From Candidatus Kutchimonas denitrificans (lineage in GTDB: Bacteria; Gemmatimonadota; Gemmatimonadetes; Palauibacterales; KS3-K002), in assembly GCA_011774835.1 (NCBI GenBank), contig JAACAK010000002.1, positions 17,685 to 81,684 on the forward strand: 64,000 nt of DNA. The letters are read 5' to 3'. Shown here one piece after another: positions 10,137-18,784 of this stretch. The notes below the pieces were generated by a model. The model saw only the letters and a list, made by a program, of their open reading frames with translations. It ran no database searches and was not told where the DNA came from. The number at the start of each line of letters is the position of its first letter. Position 1 is the stretch's first letter. The position numbers and the translations under genes were made by a program.

Positions 10137-10796
10137 CTACAGCGAGTCCCTGAGCAGCTCCTCGATCGCGTCCAGCTCTGCGTGCACGCTTGAGTGCAGG
10201 CCGGCGACCGACCTCTCGACGTGCTGCGCGTGTCGCTTCGCCCGGTCGAGCTCCGGCTTGACTATCTCAGGCCCGGGCTCGCCCTCACTTCTGCTGACGG
10301 CGGTCGCCAGTGCTCGACGGTCGTCCTCGAGATCGTCCTCAAGCTGCTGTGCGCGGGCGCGCGCCTCCGCCAGCTCCCGTCGGTGGGTGCTGAGGTTGTA
10401 CAGGTGGTCGTCGAGCTTCAGGAAGTACCTGACGACGTCCGCGTCGACCTCCGCCGCGTCGGCGATGTGCCTCTCCACCCAGGGGTGGACGGTCGGCACC
10501 TTGGCCATCGCGCCAAGTACCTCCTCTCTTGTCCCGAGCTCGTCCCGCAGCCGCTCGACCTCGGCCATCAAGGTCCGGGCGACCCTACTGGCTCGGTCGC
10601 GGCGCCGGCGCTCCTCCAACTGCTCCGGCAGGCGGACGGCCCGGTAGGTGAAGTAGGTGTACCAGATCACGGCGATCACCGTCAGGGTCAGGATCGCGAG
10701 CACCGGGTCGTAGCGCCCGCCGAGCGTGAAGCCTACGGACAGCACCACCGCGCCGACCGTACCCAGCCACGCGAGCGCTAGGGCCGGCCGCTTCAC
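10137..10796 (-). CDS. hypothetical 2-TM protein with long cytoplasmic helical/coiled-coil domain
   Basis: An internal GTG at 10796 overlaps the TGA of the upstream small ORF (GTGA). It has TM helices (ALALAWLGTVGAVVLSVGF, VLAILTLTVIAVIWYTYF) and then a charged helical region. The N-terminal 112 aa of the longest ORF look like out-of-frame junk. Confidence 0.5.
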   Translation of the reverse strand: MKRPALALAWLGTVGAVVLSVGFTLGGRYDPVLAILTLTVIAVIWYTYFTYRAVRLPEQLEERRRRDRASRVARTLMAEVERLRDELGTREEVLGAMAKVPTVHPWVERHIADAAEVDADVVRYFLKLDDHLYNLSTHRRELAEARARAQQLEDDLEDDRRALATAVSRSEGEPGPEIVKPELDRAKRHAQHVERSVAGLHSSVHAELDAIEELLRDSL

Positions 10797-11035
10797 TTCT
10801 GTTCTTCGCCTTCTGAGCTTTCTGAGCTCTTCGCCGGGGGGTGCGCGGGCGGGCAGCTGTTGAACCAGTCCGTCCACGCGCTGCGGCAGGCGCTGGGCCG
10901 GGACGCGATCCGCTCCGAGGGGGACGAGTTGGCACTGATCGCCGCCGAGAGCTGCTGGCGCACGTCGTCGCTGAGGGCCATGTCGCTGAGCGCCTTCGGC
11001 CGGTACTCCTCCTCCCACGGTGTCGTCGTCTTCAT
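10793..11035 (-). CDS. small hypothetical protein (80 aa), possibly the N-terminal part of the downstream gene
   Basis: ATG start with strongly G/C-biased third codon positions (MKTTTPWEEEYRPKALSDMALSDDVRQQL...). A C6 run at 10844..10849 could join it to the frame of 10137..10796. Confidence 0.35.
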   Translation of the reverse strand: MKTTTPWEEEYRPKALSDMALSDDVRQQLSAAISANSSPSERIASRPSACRSAWTDWFNSCPPAHPPAKSSESSEGEEQK

Positions 11036-11372
11036 TCCTACTCACCCTCCTCACGCTAGGATTAGCTCGGCCTACCTCTCCAGCGACAATTCGCCCCGGT
11101 GACCGGACGACTACCTTGTCACCGCTGTCCACTCAACACGGTATCCGAATTCCATCTTAGGGAAGGGTTGACTATGCTACACCTAGTACAGCTCTGTAGG
11201 GACACCGATCAAGAGACTGCTGTTGAAGGGGCTCAGGCCTACGGGCAGGGGGGTGGGCAGGTGCTGAACGGGCCGGGGGGGCCAGCGCGACGACGAGGGT
11301 GGCAGGTGGAGGCCAACTGGCGTCTTTCGAAAACCAACCCGAGCAAGGAAACAGGCGTCGGCCTGCTCTGTC

Positions 11373-11413
11373 TGATCCTCCCATGCCCACGAATCATGAG
11401 CATGGGAGGATCA
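11373..11413. other. strong isolated hairpin in a 470-bp ORF-free region
   Basis: TGATCCTCCCATGC (11373..11386) pairs perfectly with GCATGGGAGGATCA (11400..11413), with a 13-nt loop. No flanking U/T run on either strand. Confidence 0.5.
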
Positions 11414-11508
11414 ACACAACCTCAACGTCCCCGAAACCAGTGCGTTGGACGAGTTACCTGAACCGCTCTGCCATTGGCAGCGGACCGAAGCTAGCAACCC
11501 ATTTCGGG

Positions 11509-12069
11509 TCAGCAGGCATCGAGCTCCATGGGCTTGCCGGATTCCACCATGCTCACGCGCGGGTTATCGTTCAGCCCGCGGAGAACGTCGGGCAAGACCT
11601 CGACAGGTATACGGACCGCTAGTGCGGGCATCCCACCGAACTCATGGATGGTTTCAGCGCCCAGCGAAGCCACGAACTCGCGGTCGTCCTCGGTGGGACC
11701 GGACACGAAGAACACTCCGACGTTCAGGGACCCCCCCGCTCGCGCTGCCAGACCGAGCGTCACGCCAGCGTTCTCTTCAAGGCGTGGCAAGTCTTCGACG
11801 CGTATTCGAATGGCCAGAGCAGCCGTTCCCTTGAACTCCCCCAGGATCTCGGCACCCGAGGAGTCCAAAAACTCCCTATCGTGTTCGGTGGGCGTCGATG
11901 CAAAGTGCACGACAACAGTGACGAGCTCTTCAGGGGCGGCTCCTGCTAGCGTGCTTAGTTGCGCGCCGCACGGCGATGCTGGGACGTTTCCATCACTGCA
12001 ACCGCCTAGGAGCAACAGCCCGACGAACGGCAACGCTAAACGCCTCCCGGCCAGCGCTATTCTGCACAT
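11509..12069 (-). CDS. lipoprotein made of two tandem peptidase-inhibitor-I9 (subtilase propeptide)-like domains
   Basis: 186 aa with lipobox LLLLGGC. Two repeats have the I9 pattern: VTVVVHFASTPTEHDREFLDSSGAEILGEFKGTAALAIRIRVEDLPRLEENAGV and VGVFFVSGPTEDDREFVASLGAETIHEFGGMPALAVRIPVEVLPDVLRGLNDNPRVSMVE. Confidence 0.7.
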   Translation of the reverse strand: MCRIALAGRRLALPFVGLLLLGGCSDGNVPASPCGAQLSTLAGAAPEELVTVVVHFASTPTEHDREFLDSSGAEILGEFKGTAALAIRIRVEDLPRLEENAGVTLGLAARAGGSLNVGVFFVSGPTEDDREFVASLGAETIHEFGGMPALAVRIPVEVLPDVLRGLNDNPRVSMVESGKPMELDAC

Positions 12070-12108
12070 GACGTGACCTCCGTGTGATACTCATGCGTGC
12101 AAGGTAGG

Positions 12109-12965
12109 CTATTTCAACCCAATCTGGCAACTCTGCCACCCGCAAGGATCTTCGTTGATTGCTGCCTCCACGTCCAAAACACCTGCTCCCATGTACAGTT
12201 GGTTATAGTAGGGCGTCCCTGTGTACGCCGTGTGCTCAAGGTGGTTCTTTATGGCACCGGGTCTGTTGCGGCTGTCGGGCCAGTACGCCATCACGAGCGC
12301 CGCCGCCGCAGTCGCCGCCGGTGCACTGTATGACGTCCCGTCGGCATACTGTGCCCCTCCTCCTGCAAGGTCTATCAGCACATTGCTCCCCACGGCCGCG
12401 ATGCCTACGTGGAAACCATAGGTGGAGAAAGGCGCTCGCCTCAAGCTACCGTTGCACCGCGTCTTGTCTGCCAAGTACTGGAGCCCGATATTGCACTCGA
12501 GTGCGCCCACACCGAGCACAAAGCTGTATCCGGCAGGATACCGGATCTCATTCTCACCGGTGTTACCCGTAGAACTCACCAAGACAATGCCGGCATCGTG
12601 AGCCAGTTGAAGTGCGCCGTGCAGCAGGGACGAGCCGTCAGGACCGGAGAAGCTCATGTTGATTGCGTGGATCTGGTCATCGAACACAGCCTGATCCACA
12701 GCGGAAGCTGCGGCCGTGGCGTCGATGACACAGCGGCCGTAAGCGTCGCGGGCGTCGGCGCGATACATGAAGTGGTTTGCGTACGGAGCCATCCCCAGCG
12801 GATACGTGTTGTTAGTAGACGGCCATCCCGCCATTACGGACAGGACGCCAGTACCGTGATTGCACTGGTCCTCGTGGGGTCATCCTCTCGACATGCAGTT
12901 ACCATCGACGCCGCGACGAGGAGCAAGCCAAGGCCGAGCCGTAAGTATAGATTGTAATATAACAT
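12109..12965 (-). pseudogene. subtilisin-like (S8) serine protease lacking the Asp-box region, with a frame change after the lipoprotein signal
   Basis: The frame of ORF 12109..12834 extends upstream to read DQCNHGTGVLSVMAG (His box). It then has INMSFSG, SSTGNTG (Asn) and GTSYSAPAATAAAALV (Ser box). The only signal peptide (MLYYNLYLRLGLGLLLVAASMVTAC, ATG 12965) is in another frame and ends 8 codons before the His box. No DTG/DSG Asp box is present. Confidence 0.6.
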
Positions 12966-13197
12966 AAGCCCCCCCTTGCGTGGTAGATTGCAGATGGAGT
13001 GGCAATCGCTGTTGATATGATGTGACAAATTACTATCACGGCCGGCGCCTGTCAACTATCCTCCACTCGGGACACTAAGCCACTCAGAACCGCCTCTGGG
13101 CTCACAAGTACCAGCATTAGGCACGTCCGAACGCCCTGTCACCGGCGGTCTCGCGTGGTGGGGGCGCGGAGACGTCCAGGGGGTCTGACACGCAGCA

Positions 13198-14733
13198 CTA
13201 GGCTCGCCGTTCGTAGACGCGGCGGACTGCCTCGACGGTGTCGGCGTCCTCCGGCCGCTTGTCCGGCCGATATCGCTTAACTCGCGCGAATCGCAGGGCC
13301 ATCCCGCCCGGGTAGGTCGGGCTCTCCTGGACGCCGTCGAAGGCGATCTCCACTACAAGCTCAGGGCGCACGTAAACGGTATGCGCGTCGCGGCTGACCT
13401 CCAGCTCGAGGAGCCGTCGGGTCTGCCACTCGAGCGTTTGATCTTTGAGACCTTTGAACGTCTTGCCCAGCATGACGAAGCCGCCGCTCGCCGGGTCGCG
13501 GGCGCCGAGGTGCAGGTTGCTCAGCCAGCCGCGGCGGCGGCCCGAGCCCCACTCGGCGGCGAGCACGACCAGGTCGAGGGTGTGGGCGGGCTTGAGCTTG
13601 AGCCAGGAGCCCCCGCGGCGGCCCGCTTCGTAGCTCGCATCGAGTGACTTGGCCACCAGCCCCTCGTGGCCGACCTCGAGGGCCTCGCGCAGGAAGGCCT
13701 CCGCCCGATTCGGGTCCGAGGTGATGATGCGCGGTACGGCCAGCTTTTCCGGTATCAGACCGGACATGGCGTCCAGCCGGTCGCGCGCCGGCAGATCGGC
13801 GAGGCTCGTCCCATCGAGATAGAGGATGTCGAAGAAGAAGGCGTCCAGGGGCAGCTCGCGGCACATCTCCTCCACGTCGAGCTTGCGACCGAAGCGGCGC
13901 ATCGTCACCTGGAACGGCTGCGGCCGGCCGTCCTCGCGAAACGCCAGCGCCTCACCGTCCAGGATGATCTCATCGACCGGCAAGGCGCGAACCCGCTCGA
14001 CCAGTTCCGGCACCGCGGTGGTGACATCGTTCAGCTTGCGGGTGTAGACGCGCACGTCGTCGCCGGCACGGTGCACCTGGACCCGGGCGCCGTCCAGCTT
14101 GTACTCCAGCGCTGCGGTCTCCAAGCGGTCGAACGCCTCGGCCACGTCGTCGGCGGTTCCGGCGAGCATCGGCTGGACGGGACGGAAAAGCTGGATCGAG
14201 AAGCGAGCGAGCCCTTCCCTGCCCTCCCGGAAGGCGGCCGGGGCCACCTGCCCGAGATCGCCGCTGAACATCAGCGCCCGGCGCACGGCCGAGGCCGGCA
14301 CGTCCACCGCCCGGGCCACGGCCTCGACCATGATCCCCTCCAGCGCGCCCTGCCGCAGCTCGCCCAACAGCAGGCGGCCGAGGAATTCCTGTTCCCGTCG
14401 CGTGGCGCGTGCGAGCAGATGGGTGAGCAGGCGTCCGCGCTCAGCCTCGGAGCCCGGGCCCGAAACCGCGGCGATCGCGTCCAGGTCGGCGTCGACCTCG
14501 AGAAGCTCGAGCGAAGGTTCGGACGCCGCGTGATCCGGGCCGGCGGCACGGAGCTTCGCCGGCCCGATCCCAATCCGCCCCTGCGGCAACTCGCCCGCCA
14601 GGTACGCGACGGCGAGTGGTACCTCGTCCGGCCCGGCGCGCCTCAGAGCGTCGGCGAGCTGCTCGATCTTCTCGCGGCGGCCGCCGGTCTCCGAGACGCG
14701 TCGGGATGTCTCGACGATGTCGGTCAGTTTCAC
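13198..14733 (-). CDS. ATP-dependent DNA ligase (three-domain LigB/Lig1-like)
   Basis: 511 aa. Adenylation motif I is in EYKLDGARVQVH. An N-terminal DNA-binding domain and a C-terminal OB domain (GLVAKSLDASYEAGRRGGSWLKLK) are recognisable. Confidence 0.9.
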   Translation of the reverse strand: MKLTDIVETSRRVSETGGRREKIEQLADALRRAGPDEVPLAVAYLAGELPQGRIGIGPAKLRAAGPDHAASEPSLELLEVDADLDAIAAVSGPGSEAERGRLLTHLLARATRREQEFLGRLLLGELRQGALEGIMVEAVARAVDVPASAVRRALMFSGDLGQVAPAAFREGREGLARFSIQLFRPVQPMLAGTADDVAEAFDRLETAALEYKLDGARVQVHRAGDDVRVYTRKLNDVTTAVPELVERVRALPVDEIILDGEALAFREDGRPQPFQVTMRRFGRKLDVEEMCRELPLDAFFFDILYLDGTSLADLPARDRLDAMSGLIPEKLAVPRIITSDPNRAEAFLREALEVGHEGLVAKSLDASYEAGRRGGSWLKLKPAHTLDLVVLAAEWGSGRRRGWLSNLHLGARDPASGGFVMLGKTFKGLKDQTLEWQTRRLLELEVSRDAHTVYVRPELVVEIAFDGVQESPTYPGGMALRFARVKRYRPDKRPEDADTVEAVRRVYERRA

Positions 14734-14879
14734 GCGTTGGCCTCTCTATCGAGGGCGCGCACGAGGTGGCTCGCCACCACGATGCCCGTGCTGCGCGCCG
14801 TTACGAGACCGTACGCCGCTGCGGGTAGTTCCAGTTTCGGCAGGAGCTGGTGAGGGTTGCGCGTCGAACGACGCAGCGA

Positions 14880-16025
14880 TTACACGCCGCTGGAGATGAC
14901 CTGATTGACGAGCTCCTCGTTCGACTCGGTCTTCTTCATGACCGCCAGCATCTCGTTCATCGCATCGACCGGCGACATGTCGGCCAGCCGCTTGCGGATC
15001 GCCTGCGAGACTTTCAGCGTCTCTTCCGGCAGCAGGAGCTCCTCGCGTCGCGTCCCGCTGGCGGTCAGGTCGATGGCCGGAAAGACGCGCCGGTCGGCCA
15101 GCTCGCGACTCAGCACCAGCTCGCTGTTGCCCGTGCCCTTGAACTCCTCGAAGATCACGTCGTCCATGCGGGAGCCGGTGTCGACCAGGGCCGTCGCGAT
15201 GATCGTGAGCGAGCCACCGCCTTTCGCCGGGTCGATCTTCCGGGCGCTGCCCAGGAAACGCTTCGGCTTGTCCAGCGACGAGGCGTCGAGCCCACCCGAC
15301 AGGGTGCGGCCAACGCCTGGCTCGGTCGTGTTGTAGGCCCGGGCCAGCCGGGTGATCGAATCGAGGATGATGACCACGTCTTCGCCCATCTCGACACGTC
15401 GACGCGCCCGCTCCAGGGTCAGCTCGGTCAGCGCCACATGCCGGTCGGCCGGATAATCGAAGCTGGATGAGACGACTTCACCGAAGCCGCACATCTCCAT
15501 CTCGGTCACTTCTTCCGGCCGCTCGTCGACCAGCAGAATCAGGAGCGTGGACTCGGGATTGTTCTTGACGACACCCTCGGCCACCGACTGGAGCACGGTA
15601 GTCTTACCGGCCTTGGCCGGCGAGACGATCATCGCCCGCTGGCCTTTGCCGAATGGACACATCAGGTCGATGACACGGTTGGTATAGTCGGGCTTCCCCA
15701 GCATGGTGCGCCCGCAATCGAGCACCAGCTGCTCGTCGGGGTGGACGGCGCCGAGGCGATTGAACTGCGGCCTGCGATCCATCGTCGCAGGGTCGCGGCC
15801 GTTGATCGCCGCGACCTCGACCAGCGGCGGGCTCTTTCCGCGTCCGGGCGCCTTACCCACCGATCCGGCGATCTCGTCGCCGGTTCGCAGATCGTAACGC
15901 TGGATCATCTTGCGGCCGACGTGCACGTCGCAGTCGGACGGCAGGTAGTGAGCCTCTTTGCAGCGGATGAAGCCCGAGTTTCTGTCTTTGAGGTCGAGGA
16001 TGCCGAGTGATTCGTTTTTGCTCAC
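14880..16025 (-). CDS. rho: transcription termination factor Rho (short N-terminus)
   Basis: Walker A is SPAKAGKTTVLQ, with LLVDERPEEVTEM, DSITRLARAYN and GGSLTIIATALVDTGSRMD. The longest ORF (to 16100) overlaps the typA 3' end. GTG at 16025 lies 25 nt after the typA stop. Confidence 0.9.
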   Translation of the reverse strand: MSKNESLGILDLKDRNSGFIRCKEAHYLPSDCDVHVGRKMIQRYDLRTGDEIAGSVGKAPGRGKSPPLVEVAAINGRDPATMDRRPQFNRLGAVHPDEQLVLDCGRTMLGKPDYTNRVIDLMCPFGKGQRAMIVSPAKAGKTTVLQSVAEGVVKNNPESTLLILLVDERPEEVTEMEMCGFGEVVSSSFDYPADRHVALTELTLERARRRVEMGEDVVIILDSITRLARAYNTTEPGVGRTLSGGLDASSLDKPKRFLGSARKIDPAKGGGSLTIIATALVDTGSRMDDVIFEEFKGTGNSELVLSRELADRRVFPAIDLTASGTRREELLLPEETLKVSQAIRKRLADMSPVDAMNEMLAVMKKTESNEELVNQVISSGV

Positions 16026-16050
16026 GTTCTTCTCTTCACTATGAAGGGGT

Positions 16051-17889
16051 TCAGTAGGAATAGGCCTTGCTGCGTGCGACCTTCTTTCGCTGGTTGGCAT
16101 CGAGAACGCGCTTCCGCAACCGGATCGCGTCGGGCGTAACCTCGATCAGCTCGTCGTCCTCGATGTATTCGAGCGCCGATTCCAGTGTGATGCGGCGCGG
16201 AGGCTCCAACAGGATGTTCTCGTCGGACCCGGCCGCGCGAACGTTGGTCAACTTCTTCTCCTTGGCGACGTTCACTTCGAGGTCGCCGGGGCGCGAGTGC
16301 TCGCCCACGATCATGCCCTGGTAGGCACGCTCACCGGCCCCGATGAACAGGGTGCCGCGCTCCTGCAGGTTGAAGAGCGCGTAAGCCGAGGCCACGCCCT
16401 CCCGGTCGGCCACCAGCACGCCCCGGCTCCGTCCCTCCAGCGAGCCGACCCAGGGGCCGTACTCGAGGAAGCGATGGTGCATGACCCCCTCGCCCCGGGT
16501 ATCGGTCAGGAACTCGGAGCGATAGCCGAACAGACCGCGCGCCGGTATCCGGAAGTGCATCCGGCTGCGGCCGTGGCCCGAGTTTCCCATCCCCATCAGC
16601 TCCGCCCGTCGCGGCCCGAGCTTCTTCATCACCGCACCGGTCATGTCGGCCGGGACATCGACGACCAGTTCCTCGTAGGGCTCCTGGCGCTCGCCGTTCG
16701 GCCCTTCGCGCAGGATGACGCGGGGCCGGCTCACCTGGAACTCGTAGCCCTCTCGGCGCATCTCCTCCATCAGAATGGCCAGGTGCAGCTCGCCGCGACC
16801 GGAGACGGTGAGTCCTTCGAACCCGGCCGTTTCTTCCACCTTGAGCGCCACGTTGCGCTCGAGCTCGCGAAAGAGGCGCTCGTGTACCTGTCGGCTTGTC
16901 ACGAAGCGACCCGCATCGCCTGCGAAGGGCGAATTGTTCACCATGAAGTCGACGGATAGGGTCGGCTCCTCGACGACGATGCCCTGCAGACGCTCGTACT
17001 CGCCAGCCTCGGCGAGTGTCATGCCGATCTCGACGCCGTCGAGTCCCGCGACCGCCACGATGTCGCCGGCACGAGCGGTCTCGATCTCGACCCGCTTCAG
17101 GCCGTCGAACGCGAACAGCTTCAGGACGCGGCCGGCCGCAGTCTCCTCATCGCTCACGGCACCCAGCTCGCCGGCGGGCAGCACAGCGATGTCCTGTCCA
17201 ACACTCACCTGACCTCGTTCGACCCGGCCGATGGCCACGCGTCCGAGATAGGTCGAATAGTCTATGGTCGAGACCAGCATCTGGAAGCTGCCCTGCCTGT
17301 CGCATTCGGGCGCCGGTACATGCTCGACGATCGCCCGGAAGAGCGGTCCCAGATCGCCGCCCACTTCGTCCTCGGTCGGGCTCGCCCAACCGTCGCGGGC
17401 GGAGGCGTAGAGAAACGGCGCGTCCAGCTGCCGATCGCTGGCCTCCAGGTCGATGAACAGCTCGAGGACCGCGTCGTGGACCTCCAGCGGACGCGCGTCG
17501 TGCCGATCGAACTTGTTGATCACCACGATCGGCTGCAGACCCAGGGCCAGCGCCTTGCGGGTGACGAACCGGGTCTGGGGCATGGGGCCCTCCGCCGCAT
17601 CCACCAGCAACAGAACACCATCCACCATCCGAAGGATCCGCTCCACCTCGCCGCCGAAATCGGCGTGGCCCGGTGTGTCGACGATGTTGATCTTCACGTC
17701 GTTCCAGCGGACCGCCGTGTTCTTCGACAGGATGGTGATCCCCCGCTCACGCTCCAGCGGGTTCGAATCCATGACCCGCTCTTCCACCTGCTGCTTCGAG
17801 TGGAAGATGCCGGCCTGGCGCAGCATCTTGTCGACCAGCGTCGTCTTGCCGTGATCGACGTGGGCGATGATGGCGATGTTTCGAATCAA
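16051..17889 (-). CDS. typA: translational GTPase TypA/BipA
   Basis: [23 protein letters not shown]1 motif, [12 protein letters not shown], and the EF-G-like domains. The 108-aa N-terminal extension of the track ORF is junk. TTG at 17889 is preceded by GAGGTAG. Confidence 0.9.
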   Translation of the reverse strand: MIRNIAIIAHVDHGKTTLVDKMLRQAGIFHSKQQVEERVMDSNPLERERGITILSKNTAVRWNDVKINIVDTPGHADFGGEVERILRMVDGVLLLVDAAEGPMPQTRFVTRKALALGLQPIVVINKFDRHDARPLEVHDAVLELFIDLEASDRQLDAPFLYASARDGWASPTEDEVGGDLGPLFRAIVEHVPAPECDRQGSFQMLVSTIDYSTYLGRVAIGRVERGQVSVGQDIAVLPAGELGAVSDEETAAGRVLKLFAFDGLKRVEIETARAGDIVAVAGLDGVEIGMTLAEAGEYERLQGIVVEEPTLSVDFMVNNSPFAGDAGRFVTSRQVHERLFRELERNVALKVEETAGFEGLTVSGRGELHLAILMEEMRREGYEFQVSRPRVILREGPNGERQEPYEELVVDVPADMTGAVMKKLGPRRAELMGMGNSGHGRSRMHFRIPARGLFGYRSEFLTDTRGEGVMHHRFLEYGPWVGSLEGRSRGVLVADREGVASAYALFNLQERGTLFIGAGERAYQGMIVGEHSRPGDLEVNVAKEKKLTNVRAAGSDENILLEPPRRITLESALEYIEDDELIEVTPDAIRLRKRVLDANQRKKVARSKAYSY

Positions 17890-18211
17890 CTGACGGACTA
17901 CCTCTAACCTGGAATTCCGGGGCGAGTGCGCCCGGCGACCGGATCCAACTCCGTGTGGTAAGCCACCGCGAGTCCGCGTGGTCCTACACCCTGCTGTGTC
18001 AAGGAATTGGCACGGGCGGGCATGTAAATTTACCCAATTGCGGCCTGATACACCATAGGAGGGCGGAAGTTCGGTAACAGCGGTGAGGAGTAAGGGGTGA
18101 GAGGTAGTGGGTGTCAGCGTGGGGGCGGGGTGGCGGTGCCGTTGCATGACGGGCGGTTCGGCTAACATTGGAAGCGTGAGGACTGTCTTACTTTCGGAAG
18201 CGTTCTGACCC

Positions 18212-18784
18212 ATGGTGCTCGGAAGGAGCCCCGATGTGCCTGATGCGTCGCTCGTCCAGCGGGCCCGCCGCGGTGACGCGGCGGCCTTCGAGGCGCTGGT
18301 CCGGCGCTACTACCGGGCGGCGTACTCGGTGGCGCTGGCCCGGCTGGGAACCGCGATGGACGCGGAAGACGTGTGCCAGGATGCATTTATTCGGGCGCTG
18401 GAGCGGATCGAGGATCCGGACCCGGCCCGGTTCGCCGCCTGGCTGCTGCAGATCGTGCGCAACCGGGCGCACAATTACCGGGCCTACCAGCGGATCCGCG
18501 AGGCGAAGCCGCTGGACGAGGTGTCGGCGGCGGGGGTGGAGAACCCGAGCCGGGACGCGGAGCGATCCGAGCTGAGAACGGCGCTGGAGGCGGCGCTGGG
18601 CGAGCTGAGCGAGGTGCAGCGGGAAGTAGTGCTGCTGCACGATATGGAAGGATGGAAGCATCGGGAGATCGGGGACGCCCTCGGGATATCGGAGGGTATG
18701 TCGCGGCAGCACCTGATGATGGCCCGACGAGCGTTGCGGGAGCGGCTGGGTGTGAGGGCCGTCGAGGAGTACGGAGATGAATGA
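18212..18784 (+). CDS. ECF-type RNA polymerase sigma factor
   Basis: 190 aa. LVQRARRGDAAAFEALVRRYY, region 2 DVCQDAFIRAL...WLLQIVRNRAHN, and region 4 WKHREIGDALGISEGMSRQHLMMARRALRE. Confidence 0.9.
   Translation: MVLGRSPDVPDASLVQRARRGDAAAFEALVRRYYRAAYSVALARLGTAMDAEDVCQDAFIRALERIEDPDPARFAAWLLQIVRNRAHNYRAYQRIREAKPLDEVSAAGVENPSRDAERSELRTALEAALGELSEVQREVVLLHDMEGWKHREIGDALGISEGMSRQHLMMARRALRERLGVRAVEEYGDE

Noticed and set aside
9935-12975. C/G homopolymer runs (9935..9940, 10844..10849, 12969..12975), considered as phase-variation switches for the orphan genes.
   Set aside because: Runs of 6-7 G or C are expected many times by chance in DNA this GC-rich. Sequencing error or ordinary decay explains the frame problems equally well.
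9258-13197. Calling the accessory-looking stretch a genomic island or mobile element.
   Set aside because: No integrase, transposase, tRNA target or flanking direct repeats could be found in the sequence. Only composition and gene content are suggestive.
17759-17769. GGTTCGAATCC, a tRNA T-loop-like string. A weaker CGTCCGAATCA lies near 9390.
   Set aside because: The first lies inside the typA coding frame. Neither has a complementary T-stem, acceptor stem or anticodon arm around it. No tRNA could be folded by eye.
18170-18203. Direct repeat GGAAGCGT ... GGAAGCGT upstream of the ECF sigma gene, considered as an ECF-type GGAAC/CGTT autoregulated promoter.
   Set aside because: The 26-nt spacing does not fit the -35/-10 geometry of ECF promoters, and the second copy is only 9 nt from the start codon. 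I left it as unexplained rather than calling a promoter.
17890-18213. 108-aa N-terminal extension of typA in the ORF track. Similar extensions occur on ETF-QO (23544..24191), the metalloprotease (34130..34327), the cupin (41779..41904) and M16 (49634..49708).
   Set aside because: The extensions are non-homologous and low-complexity, and they run into neighbouring promoters or genes. Internal starts with GGAGG-like ribosome-binding sites match the family N-termini.
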